Assembly: GCA_028692415.1 (NCBI GenBank)
Contig: JAQUXM010000002.1
Coordinates: 9,204 to 73,203 of the forward strand
Length of the DNA: 64,000 bases
Direction: 5' to 3'
Origin: Syntrophomonadaceae bacterium
GTDB lineage: Bacteria > Bacillota > Syntrophomonadia > Syntrophomonadales > Syntrophomonadaceae
The position numbers and the translations under genes are program-made. The notes under the pieces are model-generated. The model was not told the DNA's origin and made no database searches. It worked only from the letters and a program-made list of their open reading frames with translations. Below are positions 1 through 10,091 of this stretch, one piece after another. Positions within the stretch are counted from its first letter, which is position 1, and each line of letters begins with the position of its first letter.

Positions 1-941
1 AAAACCAGAATCGTCTCATCAGGTTTGGCAATTTCAATATACTCTTGAAGTTCCTGCATGTGTTCTTCTTTATAGGGACTGCGCCCTGCCGTATCAACGA
101 AAATAATATCCTTATCCTTGTACTGTTCTATTGCGCTCGCCAAATCCAGTGGACTAAACACCACACTAATAGGAATCTCGATGATTTCAGCAAAAGTTCT
201 AAGCTGTTGGGCAGCAGATACCCTATAGGTATCCAGTGTAATTAAGGCTACATCTTTACCATCCGAAAAAGCCATATTAGCCGCCAGTTTAGCAATAGTA
301 GTGGTTTTCCCAACGCCAGTTGGACCAATCATAAATACCAGATTCCCCTTTTTATTGCCCTGGGTATTAATTGGTTTCACGTCATTTATATATTCCTGCA
401 AGGTTTGCAGGCATAGATCCCTGGTCCAATCATTATCCGCAATATTTTCTTGAGACAATCTGGTTTCAACACTGTTAATGATTTTAAGAGCTATATCTTT
501 ATCTACCTGATTATTAACCAGCGTTTCATAAAAAAGCTGTACTTCTTCTGACATGCCTTTAATCAGCTCTACTTCATACATCTTGAGCTTAACATCAGAT
601 ATTATGCTTTTCATCTTTTGCATTTCCTGTAAAAGTTCTTTTTCTTGTTCTGATGGCAAAGCAAGCACTTCCGGTTCCGCCTCGGCAGGTGGCTGCTGCT
701 GAGGAGTGACAACTGCCGCCGGTGCAGGGGCAGGATCCGGCTTACGCTGCCGATCGCTGTTTACCCTCAAATTATCATCGATAGCTACGGTTATCTCAAC
801 TCGTGGCGTAAACAGAAAACTAAAAATACCACCTCTTTTAACCTTGCTGGTGTGTAAGATTATCGCATCCCGGCCCATTTCCTCCTTGGCCTGTTTTAAA
901 GCACTTTGAAAATCCTTGGCCACAAATTTTTTTATAATCAC
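1..941 (-). CDS. flhF: Flagellar biosynthesis SRP-type GTPase FlhF (N-terminal ~313 aa; 3' end runs off the window)
   Basis: Manual reverse-strand translation from a GTG at 941 (GTGA overlap with the flhA stop) gives VIIKKFVAKDFQSALKQAKEEMG... It contains the P-loop GPTGVGKTTT and a DTAGR motif. Position immediately after flhA. Confidence 0.85.
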   Translation of the reverse strand, partial: MIIKKFVAKDFQSALKQAKEEMGRDAIILHTSKVKRGGIFSFLFTPRVEITVAIDDNLRVNSDRQRKPDPAPAPAAVVTPQQQPPAEAEPEVLALPSEQEKELLQEMQKMKSIISDVKLKMYEVELIKGMSEEVQLFYETLVNNQVDKDIALKIINSVETRLSQENIADNDWTRDLCLQTLQEYINDVKPINTQGNKKGNLVFMIGPTGVGKTTTIAKLAANMAFSDGKDVALITLDTYRVSAAQQLRTFAEIIEIPISVVFSPLDLASAIEQYKDKDIIFVDTAGRSPYKEEHMQELQEYIEIAKPDETILV

Positions 942-3001
942 GGTGACACCATCCCTATTACTTCAACATTTACCCCGGAATCAATTTCGTTGTAGGAAAG
1001 AACCAGGAGATTGGGAATAAACCTGTCAACCAAGCGTTTGAAATACAGACGCAGAACTGGTGCGCATATTACTATGGGGGTAATACCCTTTTTACTTAAA
1101 TCGTCAAAATACAAGGACAGCTTATCCACCATCTTCTGAGCGATATCCGGATCCAAGGCCAAATAGGCCCCAAATTCACTCTGCTGTACCGAGTCCCGCA
1201 GTTTTTCCTCAAAACCCGGATCAAGGGTCAAGACATTCAATTTGCCATCTGCTCCCGCATATTGTTTACTAATCTGCCGGCGCAGTGATTGCCGAACATA
1301 TTCGGTCAGAACGTCAGTGTCTTTCGTCAGTTTGGCATAATCAGCAAGCGTTTCCAGAATCGTAAGCATATCGCGAATGGCTACCTGCTCCTTTAAAAGA
1401 TTGGCGAGAACCTTTTGCAGATCTCCCAAACTCAATAAATCAGGTATCAATTCCTCAACTACCGCTGGACTGCTTTCTTTAATAAAGTTTATAGTATTTT
1501 GAATTTCCTGTCTCCCCAATAATTCGTAAGCATGGGATTTGATAACAGAAGTAAGGTGGGTCGCCAGGACCGAGGGTGGATCGACAACCGTATACCCTTT
1601 CAATTCCGCCCTGTCTTTTTCAATGGTATCTATCCAGCGGGCGGGCAGGTTAAACGCTGGCTCTATAGTATCTATACCGGCCAATTCCATATCATATTCT
1701 ATTTCCGGACCAATCGCCAAATAGTTGTCCAGGATCAAATCCCCCGCCGCAATTTGATTGGCTTTTATCTTGATTACATAGCTGTTAGGTTTAAGCTGCA
1801 TATTGTCCCGAATCCGAATAGGAGGTACAATGAAACCCAATTCAACCGCACACTGTCTCCTGATCATAACGATTCTATCGAGCAGGTCTCCACCCTGTTC
1901 GGAATCTACCAACGGGATTAGTCCATATCCCAATTCCATTTCCATCTTTTCGACCTGCAATAATTCAACAACATTTTCTGCCTTTTTAATCTGCTCGGCC
2001 TCTTCAATATCTTCCAAATCGGGTTCCACTGCCACCTCGCCAGCGGATTTGCGAAAGGCAAAATATAATACTGCAAAGAATGCAGCCAGAGAATACATGG
2101 GGACTCGCGGCAGACCGATCGAACCCATAATCAGTAAAATTATCGCAGCCATTGCAAGTGCTTTAGGGTGCCCAAAAAGTTGGGTTCCCATCTCGCGCCC
2201 CAGGGGCAATTTGGAGGCGCTCCTGGTAACTACTATACCGGTAGCTGTTGATATAAGCAGGGCTGGAATCTGTGTAACTAAACCATCTCCGATGGTTAAC
2301 AGTGTATAGGTTTGCAGTGCTTCACTCCAGCCAAATCCCTTCTGCACCATCCCTATGATAAAGCCACCCACAATATTGATGATTATTATAATTATGCCAG
2401 CAATCGCATCACCCTTGACAAATTTACTGGCACCATCCATAGCTCCATAAAAATCGGCTTCGCGTTGAATTTTCTCCCGTCTTTGCCGAGCTGTATCTTC
2501 ATTTATAAGGCCAGCATTCAAGTCAGCATCAATGGCCATTTGCTTACCCGGCATAGCATCAAGCGTGAACCGGGCTGCTACTTCCGATACCCTTTCCGCA
2601 CCTTTGGTAATTACCACAAACTGAATAACTACCAGAATAAGGAATATGACCACCCCGACAATGGCATTTCCTCCAACTACAAATTGCCCAAATGCCTGTA
2701 TTACATCTCCGGCATAGGCATAGAGCAAAATCAAGCGGGTGGCGGAAACATTGAGAGCCAGACGAAGTAGAGTAGTAACCAGTAACAAGGATGGAAAAAT
2801 CGAAAAATCCAGCGGTTCTGAATTGAACATGGAAACCATCAAAATAATAAGGGCCAGACTTATATTGAATGTCAGCAAAATATCTTGAACGACTGGACTC
2901 ATAGGAATAATCAGCATCATAACAATGCCGATTACAATAATGGCTATTAATACGTCACTATAATCAAGCAGTTTATCTATCCAGCCTGATCTTGAATTCA
3001 A
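938..3001 (-). CDS. flhA: Flagellar export apparatus protein FlhA
   Basis: 687-aa ORF with an N-terminal polytopic membrane domain and a large cytoplasmic domain. Sits in the flhB-flhA-flhF order. TTG start preceded by GGAGG. Confidence 0.95.
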   Translation of the reverse strand: MNSRSGWIDKLLDYSDVLIAIIVIGIVMMLIIPMSPVVQDILLTFNISLALIILMVSMFNSEPLDFSIFPSLLLVTTLLRLALNVSATRLILLYAYAGDVIQAFGQFVVGGNAIVGVVIFLILVVIQFVVITKGAERVSEVAARFTLDAMPGKQMAIDADLNAGLINEDTARQRREKIQREADFYGAMDGASKFVKGDAIAGIIIIIINIVGGFIIGMVQKGFGWSEALQTYTLLTIGDGLVTQIPALLISTATGIVVTRSASKLPLGREMGTQLFGHPKALAMAAIILLIMGSIGLPRVPMYSLAAFFAVLYFAFRKSAGEVAVEPDLEDIEEAEQIKKAENVVELLQVEKMEMELGYGLIPLVDSEQGGDLLDRIVMIRRQCAVELGFIVPPIRIRDNMQLKPNSYVIKIKANQIAAGDLILDNYLAIGPEIEYDMELAGIDTIEPAFNLPARWIDTIEKDRAELKGYTVVDPPSVLATHLTSVIKSHAYELLGRQEIQNTINFIKESSPAVVEELIPDLLSLGDLQKVLANLLKEQVAIRDMLTILETLADYAKLTKDTDVLTEYVRQSLRRQISKQYAGADGKLNVLTLDPGFEEKLRDSVQQSEFGAYLALDPDIAQKMVDKLSLYFDDLSKKGITPIVICAPVLRLYFKRLVDRFIPNLLVLSYNEIDSGVNVEVIGMVSP

Positions 3002-3310
3002 AATAATTCCTCCAATGGGTTAAGTTTAAATAGTCTATACCTTATACTTAATGGCCACTTTTAAAATCAGTATGTTTCGCAGATCGAGCCCAAAGCACCT
3101 CTCTTCGGAGATACGAACGAATAAAGCCGCTCCGTAAACACTGCTATTTGCTTATTGGTCCGCTAAAACGCGTGTCCTCGGGGGGAACATCCGTGTGCCC
3201 TCAACATCCTTATTGGTGTCGAAGAACACATCGTTGTCCCCAAAGGGGAGGTTTTTTGGCTGGTCTCTGCCATAGGGACATTCCTCTGGAAGAGGTCTGA
3301 CCTCCCTTAC

Positions 3311-4534
3311 TTACAAGGCCACTTTTTTTTGTTTGTAGACAAACGCCAGAACCTCAGCTACTGCCTGATATAGTTCTTCAGGAACCGCATCGCCAATTTC
3401 CAGGCTGTAATATAGCGTTCTTGCCAGCAACGGGTTTTCCACAATGATTACCTTGTGCCGGCTGGCAACTTCTTTGATTTTTAAGGCCATGAAATCCTGG
3501 CCTTTGGCAACTAACACCGGCGCTTGCATTTCGGCTGCTTCGTATTTCAAGACTACCGCAAAATGTGTCGGGTTGGTTATAACTACATCCGCTTTAGGCA
3601 CTTCAGCCATCATTCGCTGCATCGCTACTTCACGTTGAATTCTTCTCTGCCGGGATTTAACCAGTGGATCACCTTCAACCTGCTTGTATTCCTGTTTAAT
3701 ATCATATTTACTCATCTTCAGGGATTTCTCGTATTCATACCATTGAAAAATATAATCAATTATACCGATGATAATGAACACGATGCCTACTTTTAGAGCC
3801 ATCTCAAGAACTATGCTGCTCATAATTTTTATGGTAGCAACAAGTTCCATATCTATAAAACGAGGGAAAATATAAAAATGCTTTCGCATTACCGAATATA
3901 CTATGTAACCGGTAACAATCACCTTTAGCAAAGACTTGATTAATTCCATCAATGCCCGTTTGGAAAAGATCCGCTTAAATCCCTCAATCGGATTTATCCG
4001 ACTCAATTGCGGAGTTAAAACTTCACCGCTAAAAATAAATCCCACCTGTAAATAACCGATCATGAGTGCTACGACAAAAGTAACCAAAAACACCGGGAAT
4101 AAAACCTTGGCTAAAACTATACATACCTCAATCAACATATAAATAATATAATCATTGGAAAAGTCCGTCAGGGTTCTATCCAGAATATACAGCGAAGTAA
4201 ACTCTTTGATGCTTTCCAGCATATTGGGAAAAGTAAAATATATGGCTAAAGAACCTGCTAAAACTATTACCGCTGAATTCAAATCCGTACTCTTAAAAAC
4301 ATTCCCTTTTTTCCTGGCTTCTTCCCGGCGCCGGGGAGTAGCCTTTTCGGTTTTTTCTCCGGTATCATCATCCGCAAATAATTGCAGATCAATATTTAGG
4401 GGGTTTGGGACTAGGGGCAAAAGGTATAAGCTCCCATTTCCTTCATTATTTTTGCAGATAACAACTTCTGTCCTTAAGGGTATGTCCTCCTGGTATGGAT
4501 GTTTGCTGTTGAAGCACAATCTATTATCTTCCAT
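3311..4534 (-). CDS. flhB: Flagellar export switch protein FlhB (start uncertain; an alternative TTG lies at 4420)
   Basis: Contains DLQLFA..EKTEKATPRRREEARKKG and the NPTH autocleavage motif (VVITNPTHFAVV). The ATG at 4534 lacks a Shine-Dalgarno (SD) sequence and adds ~38 aa before the usual FlhB N-terminus. Confidence 0.9.
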   Translation of the reverse strand: MEDNRLCFNSKHPYQEDIPLRTEVVICKNNEGNGSLYLLPLVPNPLNIDLQLFADDDTGEKTEKATPRRREEARKKGNVFKSTDLNSAVIVLAGSLAIYFTFPNMLESIKEFTSLYILDRTLTDFSNDYIIYMLIEVCIVLAKVLFPVFLVTFVVALMIGYLQVGFIFSGEVLTPQLSRINPIEGFKRIFSKRALMELIKSLLKVIVTGYIVYSVMRKHFYIFPRFIDMELVATIKIMSSIVLEMALKVGIVFIIIGIIDYIFQWYEYEKSLKMSKYDIKQEYKQVEGDPLVKSRQRRIQREVAMQRMMAEVPKADVVITNPTHFAVVLKYEAAEMQAPVLVAKGQDFMALKIKEVASRHKVIIVENPLLARTLYYSLEIGDAVPEELYQAVAEVLAFVYKQKKVAL

Positions 4535-4536
4535 AA

Positions 4537-5304
4537 TCAGCGCGACCCCATGACCAATAAAACCTGATCCACATAACCGAAGAATTGGTTAAAAAGACTG
4601 CCAAATACCCATAAATAAACCGGCAGCATTATAATGAGGGTAACCATGCCCAATAATATTTTCAGGGGCATACCGACAATAAACACATTCATTTGGGGAA
4701 CTGTCTTGGCTATAAAACCCATAGCTATATCACTAATTAACACCGAAACCAGTACCGGCGCAGAGATTTTAACGGCAATTACAAACATTTTTATACTCAT
4801 TTCCACCAATAAATCAAGAAAGTTATTATTTAAACTTAAACCCAAAACTGGTATTATCTGATAACTTTGCACCAAGGCTTGAATAAGATAATGATGACCA
4901 TTCATAATCAGGTAGATAAGCAAGGCAAGAATTTGGGTGAAATTACCCATAAGCGGGATTTGGGTTCCTGACTGCGGGTCAACGACATTAACGATGGCAA
5001 ATCCCATCTGCATATCCATAATTTGTCCAGCCAACTGGATCGTAGCCAGTACCAGATAGGCGATAAAACCTATGGTGTAGCCAATAATTATTTCCAATAC
5101 CAGCGCTGCCAAAAAATATGCCGGAGTAGTGAGGTTTTGCCCGTAATGAACCGGCACAAAATAAGCCATGGCGGCTGCCAGCAGAATAATAATGAGGCCT
5201 TTCACTCTGCCAGGTATCATCCGGCTGCTGAATATTGGTGCGCTAAGAAATAGCCCGGATATTCGGCCCAGTATTAGAAAAAAACTCTCCATCGCATAAG
5301 GCAT
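4537..5304 (-). CDS. fliR: Flagellar export gate protein FliR
   Basis: 255-aa polytopic membrane ORF in the fliP-fliQ-fliR-flhB order. Confidence 0.9.
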   Translation of the reverse strand: MPYAMESFFLILGRISGLFLSAPIFSSRMIPGRVKGLIIILLAAAMAYFVPVHYGQNLTTPAYFLAALVLEIIIGYTIGFIAYLVLATIQLAGQIMDMQMGFAIVNVVDPQSGTQIPLMGNFTQILALLIYLIMNGHHYLIQALVQSYQIIPVLGLSLNNNFLDLLVEMSIKMFVIAVKISAPVLVSVLISDIAMGFIAKTVPQMNVFIVGMPLKILLGMVTLIIMLPVYLWVFGSLFNQFFGYVDQVLLVMGSR

Positions 5305-5321
5305 AGTAAACTACCATCCTG

Positions 5322-5594
5322 TTAAATTGTTACCATGGTTGGAATGGATGCCAGTAAGTCATGCGTAAAACTGGTTACAATATTAAGCATCCAGGGTCCA
5401 CATACAATGATAACCAGAAAAACAATAATAATCTTAGGCACAAACACCAAAGTCATTTCCTGAAGCTGCGTGGTGGCCTGTAAAATGCTGATCAGCAATC
5501 CGGTTATCAGGGCCGCACCCAGAACCGGGGCAGATACTAATAGTATGGTATACATTGCCTCGTTGGCAATCCCCAAGACCATGTTTTCGTACAT
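5322..5594 (-). CDS. fliQ: Flagellar export gate protein FliQ
   Basis: 90-aa protein with two transmembrane (TM) helices, between fliP and fliR. Confidence 0.9.
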   Translation of the reverse strand: MYENMVLGIANEAMYTILLVSAPVLGAALITGLLISILQATTQLQEMTLVFVPKIIIVFLVIIVCGPWMLNIVTSFTHDLLASIPTMVTI

Positions 5595-5610
5595 GTCCTT
5601 TACTTCCTTC

Positions 5611-6393
5611 CTATTTAAAGCTCATCATCAATGACTGTATAACCAGATTCCATCCATCTACCAGCACAAAAAGCAATATCTTGAAGGGCAGGGAGATCAT
5701 CATCGGAGGCAGCATCATCATCCCCATGGACATTAAAGCACTGGCTACCACCATATCTATAACCAGAAAAGGTATAAAGATAATAAATCCAATCTGAAAA
5801 GCGGTCTTCAACTCGCTTATAACAAATGAAGGAATAAGCACATAATTCGGTATATCATTGAAATTTTTGGGGCGCGTTATTTTGGAGAGTTTTACAAATA
5901 GGGCCAGGTCCTTTTCCCGGGTCTGTTTAAACATAAAACTTCGTAATGGTTTCATACCTGTGTCAAAAGCGGCTTCTTGGGTAATTTGACCTTTTAAGTA
6001 GGGCTGCAAAGCCTGTGAGTTAACCTGTTGCAAAGTCGGGGCCATTACAAAAAAAGTCAAAAATAACGCCAGCCCGATTAAAACCTGGTTTGGAGGCATT
6101 TGCTGAGTAGCCAGTGAGCTTCTGATAAAACCTAAAACTACAATAATTCTAATAAAAGAAGTGAGCAAAATTATTATAGACGGTGCCAGGGTCAGAATGG
6201 TAATTAAGATAATTAATTGCAAAGCCGAAGATAAATCCTGTGGTTCGCCGGTACCACCGCCCAACTGCAGATTCATACTCGGTATTTGTAATGGTTCTGC
6301 TGAGACCGCAACCGATAGGACTAAAAGCAAAATTAAGGCCAGCAATATAATTATTGGCCAGCGCAAGCTACAAACTCTTTGTTTAAACATCAT
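5611..6393 (-). CDS. fliP: Flagellar export gate protein FliP (the track ORF extends to 6465; the likely start is MMFKQR at 6393)
   Basis: Signal-like N-terminus followed by conserved FliP membrane segments (FIRIIVVLGFIRSSLATQQMPPNQVLIGLALFLTFFVM). Confidence 0.9.
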   Translation of the reverse strand: MMFKQRVCSLRWPIIILLALILLLVLSVAVSAEPLQIPSMNLQLGGGTGEPQDLSSALQLIILITILTLAPSIIILLTSFIRIIVVLGFIRSSLATQQMPPNQVLIGLALFLTFFVMAPTLQQVNSQALQPYLKGQITQEAAFDTGMKPLRSFMFKQTREKDLALFVKLSKITRPKNFNDIPNYVLIPSFVISELKTAFQIGFIIFIPFLVIDMVVASALMSMGMMMLPPMMISLPFKILLFVLVDGWNLVIQSLMMSFK

Positions 6394-7006
6394 CACCACT
6401 TCTTTTTGCTCCAATATCCCCCATACTCTTATATGAAATATGATCCATTCTTTGGGCTTGCTCATTTATAAGCCGTTGAAATTGCTTGCTGGGCGGGTTG
6501 TTTCTTGAATTGCGGCTAATAAAGCTATCCAGCTTGTCTTTAATATCTTGAAAACCTCCCTGAGGTTCCTTCATCTGGTAAGTCCCCTGCCCTATTTCCT
6601 CGATCATTTTGTTGTTATTAACCTCAAAAAGGAAAGAAATATTGTGATCAGTTACTCCCAGCGCATAAAGCTTTTCACCAATTTCACATAAGACTATGCC
6701 TCGATTTTGTCCAAGTACTACCTCATCAACAACATGCAACCAGGTCCCTTCCATTTTACGGCTGACCTGTTTCCCGAAAAGCCTGATAAGGGACCATGCA
6801 ACTCCAATAATGAGAGCAAGTATAACGACAAGCTTAATAAAATCCCACCACAAACTATGCGTTTGTGTGCTAACTTCCTGTTGCTTTTCCAATTCCTGGT
6901 TCAGTTGCTGTATATCGTCTACGGCCAAAGCACTAAAGACCAGAATATGCAAGAGTACCAGGCATAATACAGCAATAATTGCATATCTTTTACGTATGGA
7001 GACCAT
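6383..7006 (-). CDS. fliO: FliO/FliZ-type flagellar biosynthesis protein
   Basis: 207 aa with a signal/TM segment, located between cheY and fliP as B. subtilis fliZ is. Confidence 0.7.
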   Translation of the reverse strand: MVSIRKRYAIIAVLCLVLLHILVFSALAVDDIQQLNQELEKQQEVSTQTHSLWWDFIKLVVILALIIGVAWSLIRLFGKQVSRKMEGTWLHVVDEVVLGQNRGIVLCEIGEKLYALGVTDHNISFLFEVNNNKMIEEIGQGTYQMKEPQGGFQDIKDKLDSFISRNSRNNPPSKQFQRLINEQAQRMDHISYKSMGDIGAKRSGDDV

Positions 7007-7028
7007 AGACTATCACATCCCGACCAAA

Positions 7029-7391
7029 TTAGGATAATGCCTTACTAACTGCTTCAATAACCCGTTCTGGTTGAAAGGGTTTAACAATAAAATCCTTGGC
7101 CCCGGCTTGAATAGCATCAATAACCATCGCCTGTTGTCCCATGGCACTGCACATGATAATTCGGGCTGCAGGATTAACAGCCTTAATTTCCTTTACCGCA
7201 GCTATTCCATCCATTTCAGGCATGGTAATATCCATGGTTACCAAATCAGGCTGGAGTTCCTTATACTTCTCTATAGCCACCTTCCCGTTTTCGGCCTCGC
7301 CCACTACTATAAAGCCATTCTTGTTAAGAATGTCTTTGATCATCATCCTCATAAATGCAGCATCATCTACTATCAGTACTCTTTTTTCCAT
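7029..7391 (-). CDS. cheY: Chemotaxis response regulator CheY
   Basis: 120-aa single receiver domain: DD pair (LIVDDAAFMR), phospho-Asp context DLVTMDITMPEMDG, and a conserved Lys (FIVKPF). Confidence 0.9.
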   Translation of the reverse strand: MEKRVLIVDDAAFMRMMIKDILNKNGFIVVGEAENGKVAIEKYKELQPDLVTMDITMPEMDGIAAVKEIKAVNPAARIIMCSAMGQQAMVIDAIQAGAKDFIVKPFQPERVIEAVSKALS

Positions 7392-7410
7392 TTTAACCCT
7401 CCTAGCCAGC

Positions 7411-8589
7411 TTATTGTAGTTTACTCATCCTATCCATAGGACTAATGATAGCGGTTATTCTAATACCATAGTTTTCATCAATGACTACTACTTCACCTTT
7501 TGCAATTAGCTTGCCATTTACCATTAAGTCAACCGGTTCACCAGCCAATTTGTCAAGCTGAATAATTGCCCCTTGATTAAGTTCAAGTATCTCCTTGATC
7601 GTTTTGCGGGTCTTGCCTAGTTCTACCGTAACATCCAAAGGAACATCCAAAATCAGCCCGATGTTTTGGGGATAGGTTTCAACCGGCGCTTCTCGAAGGG
7701 GCGCAAATTGAACTGGCTGCACAGCAAAGGTTTGATTGCTGCGAGGCTCGGGTACCGGATTATAAGTTGGCTGCGGAGCATAATGAACTTCCGGGGTCGG
7801 CGGCGGAGCAGCAGCCCATGCCTGCGGCGGAGGCGGGGGAGGCGCCTGCGGCTGTACTGGAGGCGGACTTTGAGGCTGAGGGGCCGGCTCCGGTTTGGTT
7901 TCTTCCTTGCTATCTCCCATGAGAATAGCCATAATACTTTCTACAGCATTCATCGGAATTATTTGCATTATTTCACTATTGATCAAATCTTCAATTTCCA
8001 TTTTGAATCTGATTTTAACCATATCTTTAAATTCATGGGATAACTGTAACTCTTCCTTGCCAAAATCCGCTAGCCTTAAATTCGGTGGGGAAATATCTAT
8101 ACGCCGGCTAAACATGGATGACAAGCTAGTGGTGGCTGAACCCATCATTTGATTCATGGCTTCCCCTACGGCACTTAACTCCAACTCGCCCAACGGTTTC
8201 GCCTCGATTAAACCTTCGCCTCCCATCATTAGATCAGCAATGATACAAGCATCTTCTTCTTTTATAACCATAACATTGGAACCGCTGATACCCTCCGTAT
8301 ATTTCACTTCTACCACTACATATGGCATGGGATACTGGTCCTTCAGTTCCTCAAGACTCGTTAGAGAGACACTTGGGGTAGTAATGGATACCTTTTTCCG
8401 CAACAAGGTAGAAAGTGTAGTTGCCGCAGTCCCCATACTTATGTTGCCTACTTCGCCCAAGGCATCCTTTTCAAAATCGCCCAATATGAAGCCGGTTTCG
8501 GAACTGGGTTCCTCGGCATCGGAATTATTTCCCCCGCTTAAAAGAGCATCAATTTCTTCCTGGGAAAGTATACCATCATTCATTATCAC
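7411..8589 (-). CDS. fliY: Flagellar C-ring protein FliY (CheC-like domain plus FliN/SpoA domain)
   Basis: N-terminal LSQEEIDALL peptide, a CheC-like middle region, a Pro-rich linker, and a C-terminal FliN-type domain (LDVPLDVTVELGKT...). Confidence 0.85.
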   Translation of the reverse strand: MIMNDGILSQEEIDALLSGGNNSDAEEPSSETGFILGDFEKDALGEVGNISMGTAATTLSTLLRKKVSITTPSVSLTSLEELKDQYPMPYVVVEVKYTEGISGSNVMVIKEEDACIIADLMMGGEGLIEAKPLGELELSAVGEAMNQMMGSATTSLSSMFSRRIDISPPNLRLADFGKEELQLSHEFKDMVKIRFKMEIEDLINSEIMQIIPMNAVESIMAILMGDSKEETKPEPAPQPQSPPPVQPQAPPPPPPQAWAAAPPPTPEVHYAPQPTYNPVPEPRSNQTFAVQPVQFAPLREAPVETYPQNIGLILDVPLDVTVELGKTRKTIKEILELNQGAIIQLDKLAGEPVDLMVNGKLIAKGEVVVIDENYGIRITAIISPMDRMSKLQ

Positions 8590-9568
8590 TTTCCTCCTCT
8601 ATTATCCGGGAAACCTGAATAGAAAATTTATTGCCAAAGATACCAGGTTTACCAACAAATTTGGTGCGGTTGCCTATAACAACCTCCAATTCCTCATTAA
8701 TATTCTTGTCCAGGGACATCGCATCACCCACGGAAAGAGCCAATAGGTCCTTTACGGTTATTACATTCTTCCCTAGAATTACTTTTACAGGTATTGATGT
8801 ATTTTCCAGCTTGCTTTTTATAGCTGCGATGTTTTCCGGTGATTTTTCCTGGGTTGATGTCGAATAATAATAGTGAACATTCAACTTATCCAGTATAGGT
8901 TCCAAGACCAAAAACGGAATACATATGTTTATCATCCCTACCACTTCAGACATCCGAGCTTCCAGAGAAACAATGATCATTATCTCAGTAGGTGAAACCA
9001 GTTGGGTAAACTGGGGATTGGTCTCCACCCGGTCCAGGGATGGCTCGATCTGAATGATACTCTCCCATGGCTCCTGTAGATAGTCCAGCATGCGCTGCGA
9101 TATTCTTTCCATAACCGTTTGCTCGATTTCAGTCAGAGCTCTGACTTTGGCCAGCGCATAACCCGGACCCCCCAACAAGCGGTCCAAAAAAGCGAAACCC
9201 AGGTTGGGGTTAATCTCCATAATGGCACTGCCCTGTAAAGGATAAAGCGAAAAAATATTCAATATAGTTGGATTAGGGATTGATCTTATAAATTCTTCAT
9301 AGGTTAGCTGTTCCACCGATAACAGTTCTACTTGCACAGGAATACGCAGTTGTCCTGCCAGATAGGTTCCCAGAGTCCGAGAATAATTCTCATAGATGAC
9401 CTGTAAAGTATGTATCTGGTCTTTGGAAAACTTGTTGGGCCGACGAAAATCATAGACTTTGACCTTGTTTTTAATCTCTTCTTCTTTCAGGACATTGGCA
9501 TCAATTGAACCATCGCTTAAGGCGGACAACAAGGCATCTATTTCATTCTGGGACAGAACCTCACTCAT
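8576..9568 (-). CDS. fliM: Flagellar motor switch protein FliM
   Basis: 330 aa with the N-terminal LSQNEIDALL CheY-binding peptide. Sits in the fliL-fliM-fliY order. Confidence 0.9.
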   Translation of the reverse strand: MSEVLSQNEIDALLSALSDGSIDANVLKEEEIKNKVKVYDFRRPNKFSKDQIHTLQVIYENYSRTLGTYLAGQLRIPVQVELLSVEQLTYEEFIRSIPNPTILNIFSLYPLQGSAIMEINPNLGFAFLDRLLGGPGYALAKVRALTEIEQTVMERISQRMLDYLQEPWESIIQIEPSLDRVETNPQFTQLVSPTEIMIIVSLEARMSEVVGMINICIPFLVLEPILDKLNVHYYYSTSTQEKSPENIAAIKSKLENTSIPVKVILGKNVITVKDLLALSVGDAMSLDKNINEELEVVIGNRTKFVGKPGIFGNKFSIQVSRIIEEESDNE

Positions 9569-9592
9569 TATAACCCTCCTTCCAGGTTATAA

Positions 9593-10072
9593 TCATTGCA
9601 TTATAAAATCGGTGAAATATATATTCCTTATGGTATCTCCACCTAATTTTTTATTCAAATCTTTTTTAATCTCGGCCTTCAGGTTGCTTCTATTTCTTAC
9701 ATCCAGGTCCGCAACCGTTTTGGCAGAAATTATTCCTAATATACCATCTTTGATTACCGGCAAAAACTCCGTAATTTTCTCCTTCTCCTTTTCCGATGAT
9801 ACTTCCACCGCTACTTTAACCTTTAAAAAGCGCTGCCCGTTAACATCATTAATATTCGTTGTGAATTCTCCTACTTCAACCAGATTGCCGGTTAGGGCTT
9901 CTGCATGCTCCTCTTCTTTGGGCATCAGGGGAGCCATCAGGCTTTTCATCAGGAAATAAGAGCCGCCCATCGCCACCAGAAATATCAGCAATCCGATAAG
10001 TATAAGTTTAACATCAACATTAATCTCCAGTTTTCGTTTTGGTTTCTCTTCCGAAGCTTTTTCGTCCGCCAA
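9593..10072 (-). CDS. fliL: Flagellar basal-body-associated protein FliL
   Basis: 159 aa with a single N-terminal TM helix, upstream of fliM. Confidence 0.85.
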   Translation of the reverse strand: MADEKASEEKPKRKLEINVDVKLILIGLLIFLVAMGGSYFLMKSLMAPLMPKEEEHAEALTGNLVEVGEFTTNINDVNGQRFLKVKVAVEVSSEKEKEKITEFLPVIKDGILGIISAKTVADLDVRNRSNLKAEIKKDLNKKLGGDTIRNIYFTDFIMQ

Positions 10073-10091
10073 TACTATCCCCCCCTGGAAA

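Noticed and set aside
3217-3223. A perfect Spo0A-box heptamer, TGTCGAA, in the flhB-flhA spacer
   Set aside because: A single 7-mer is expected by chance several times in 64 kb. There is no second box and no promoter context.
7666-8043. 125-aa Arg-rich plus-strand ORF
   Set aside because: It is antisense to the proline-rich linker of fliY, so CCN codons read as NGG on the other strand. It is a compositional artefact.
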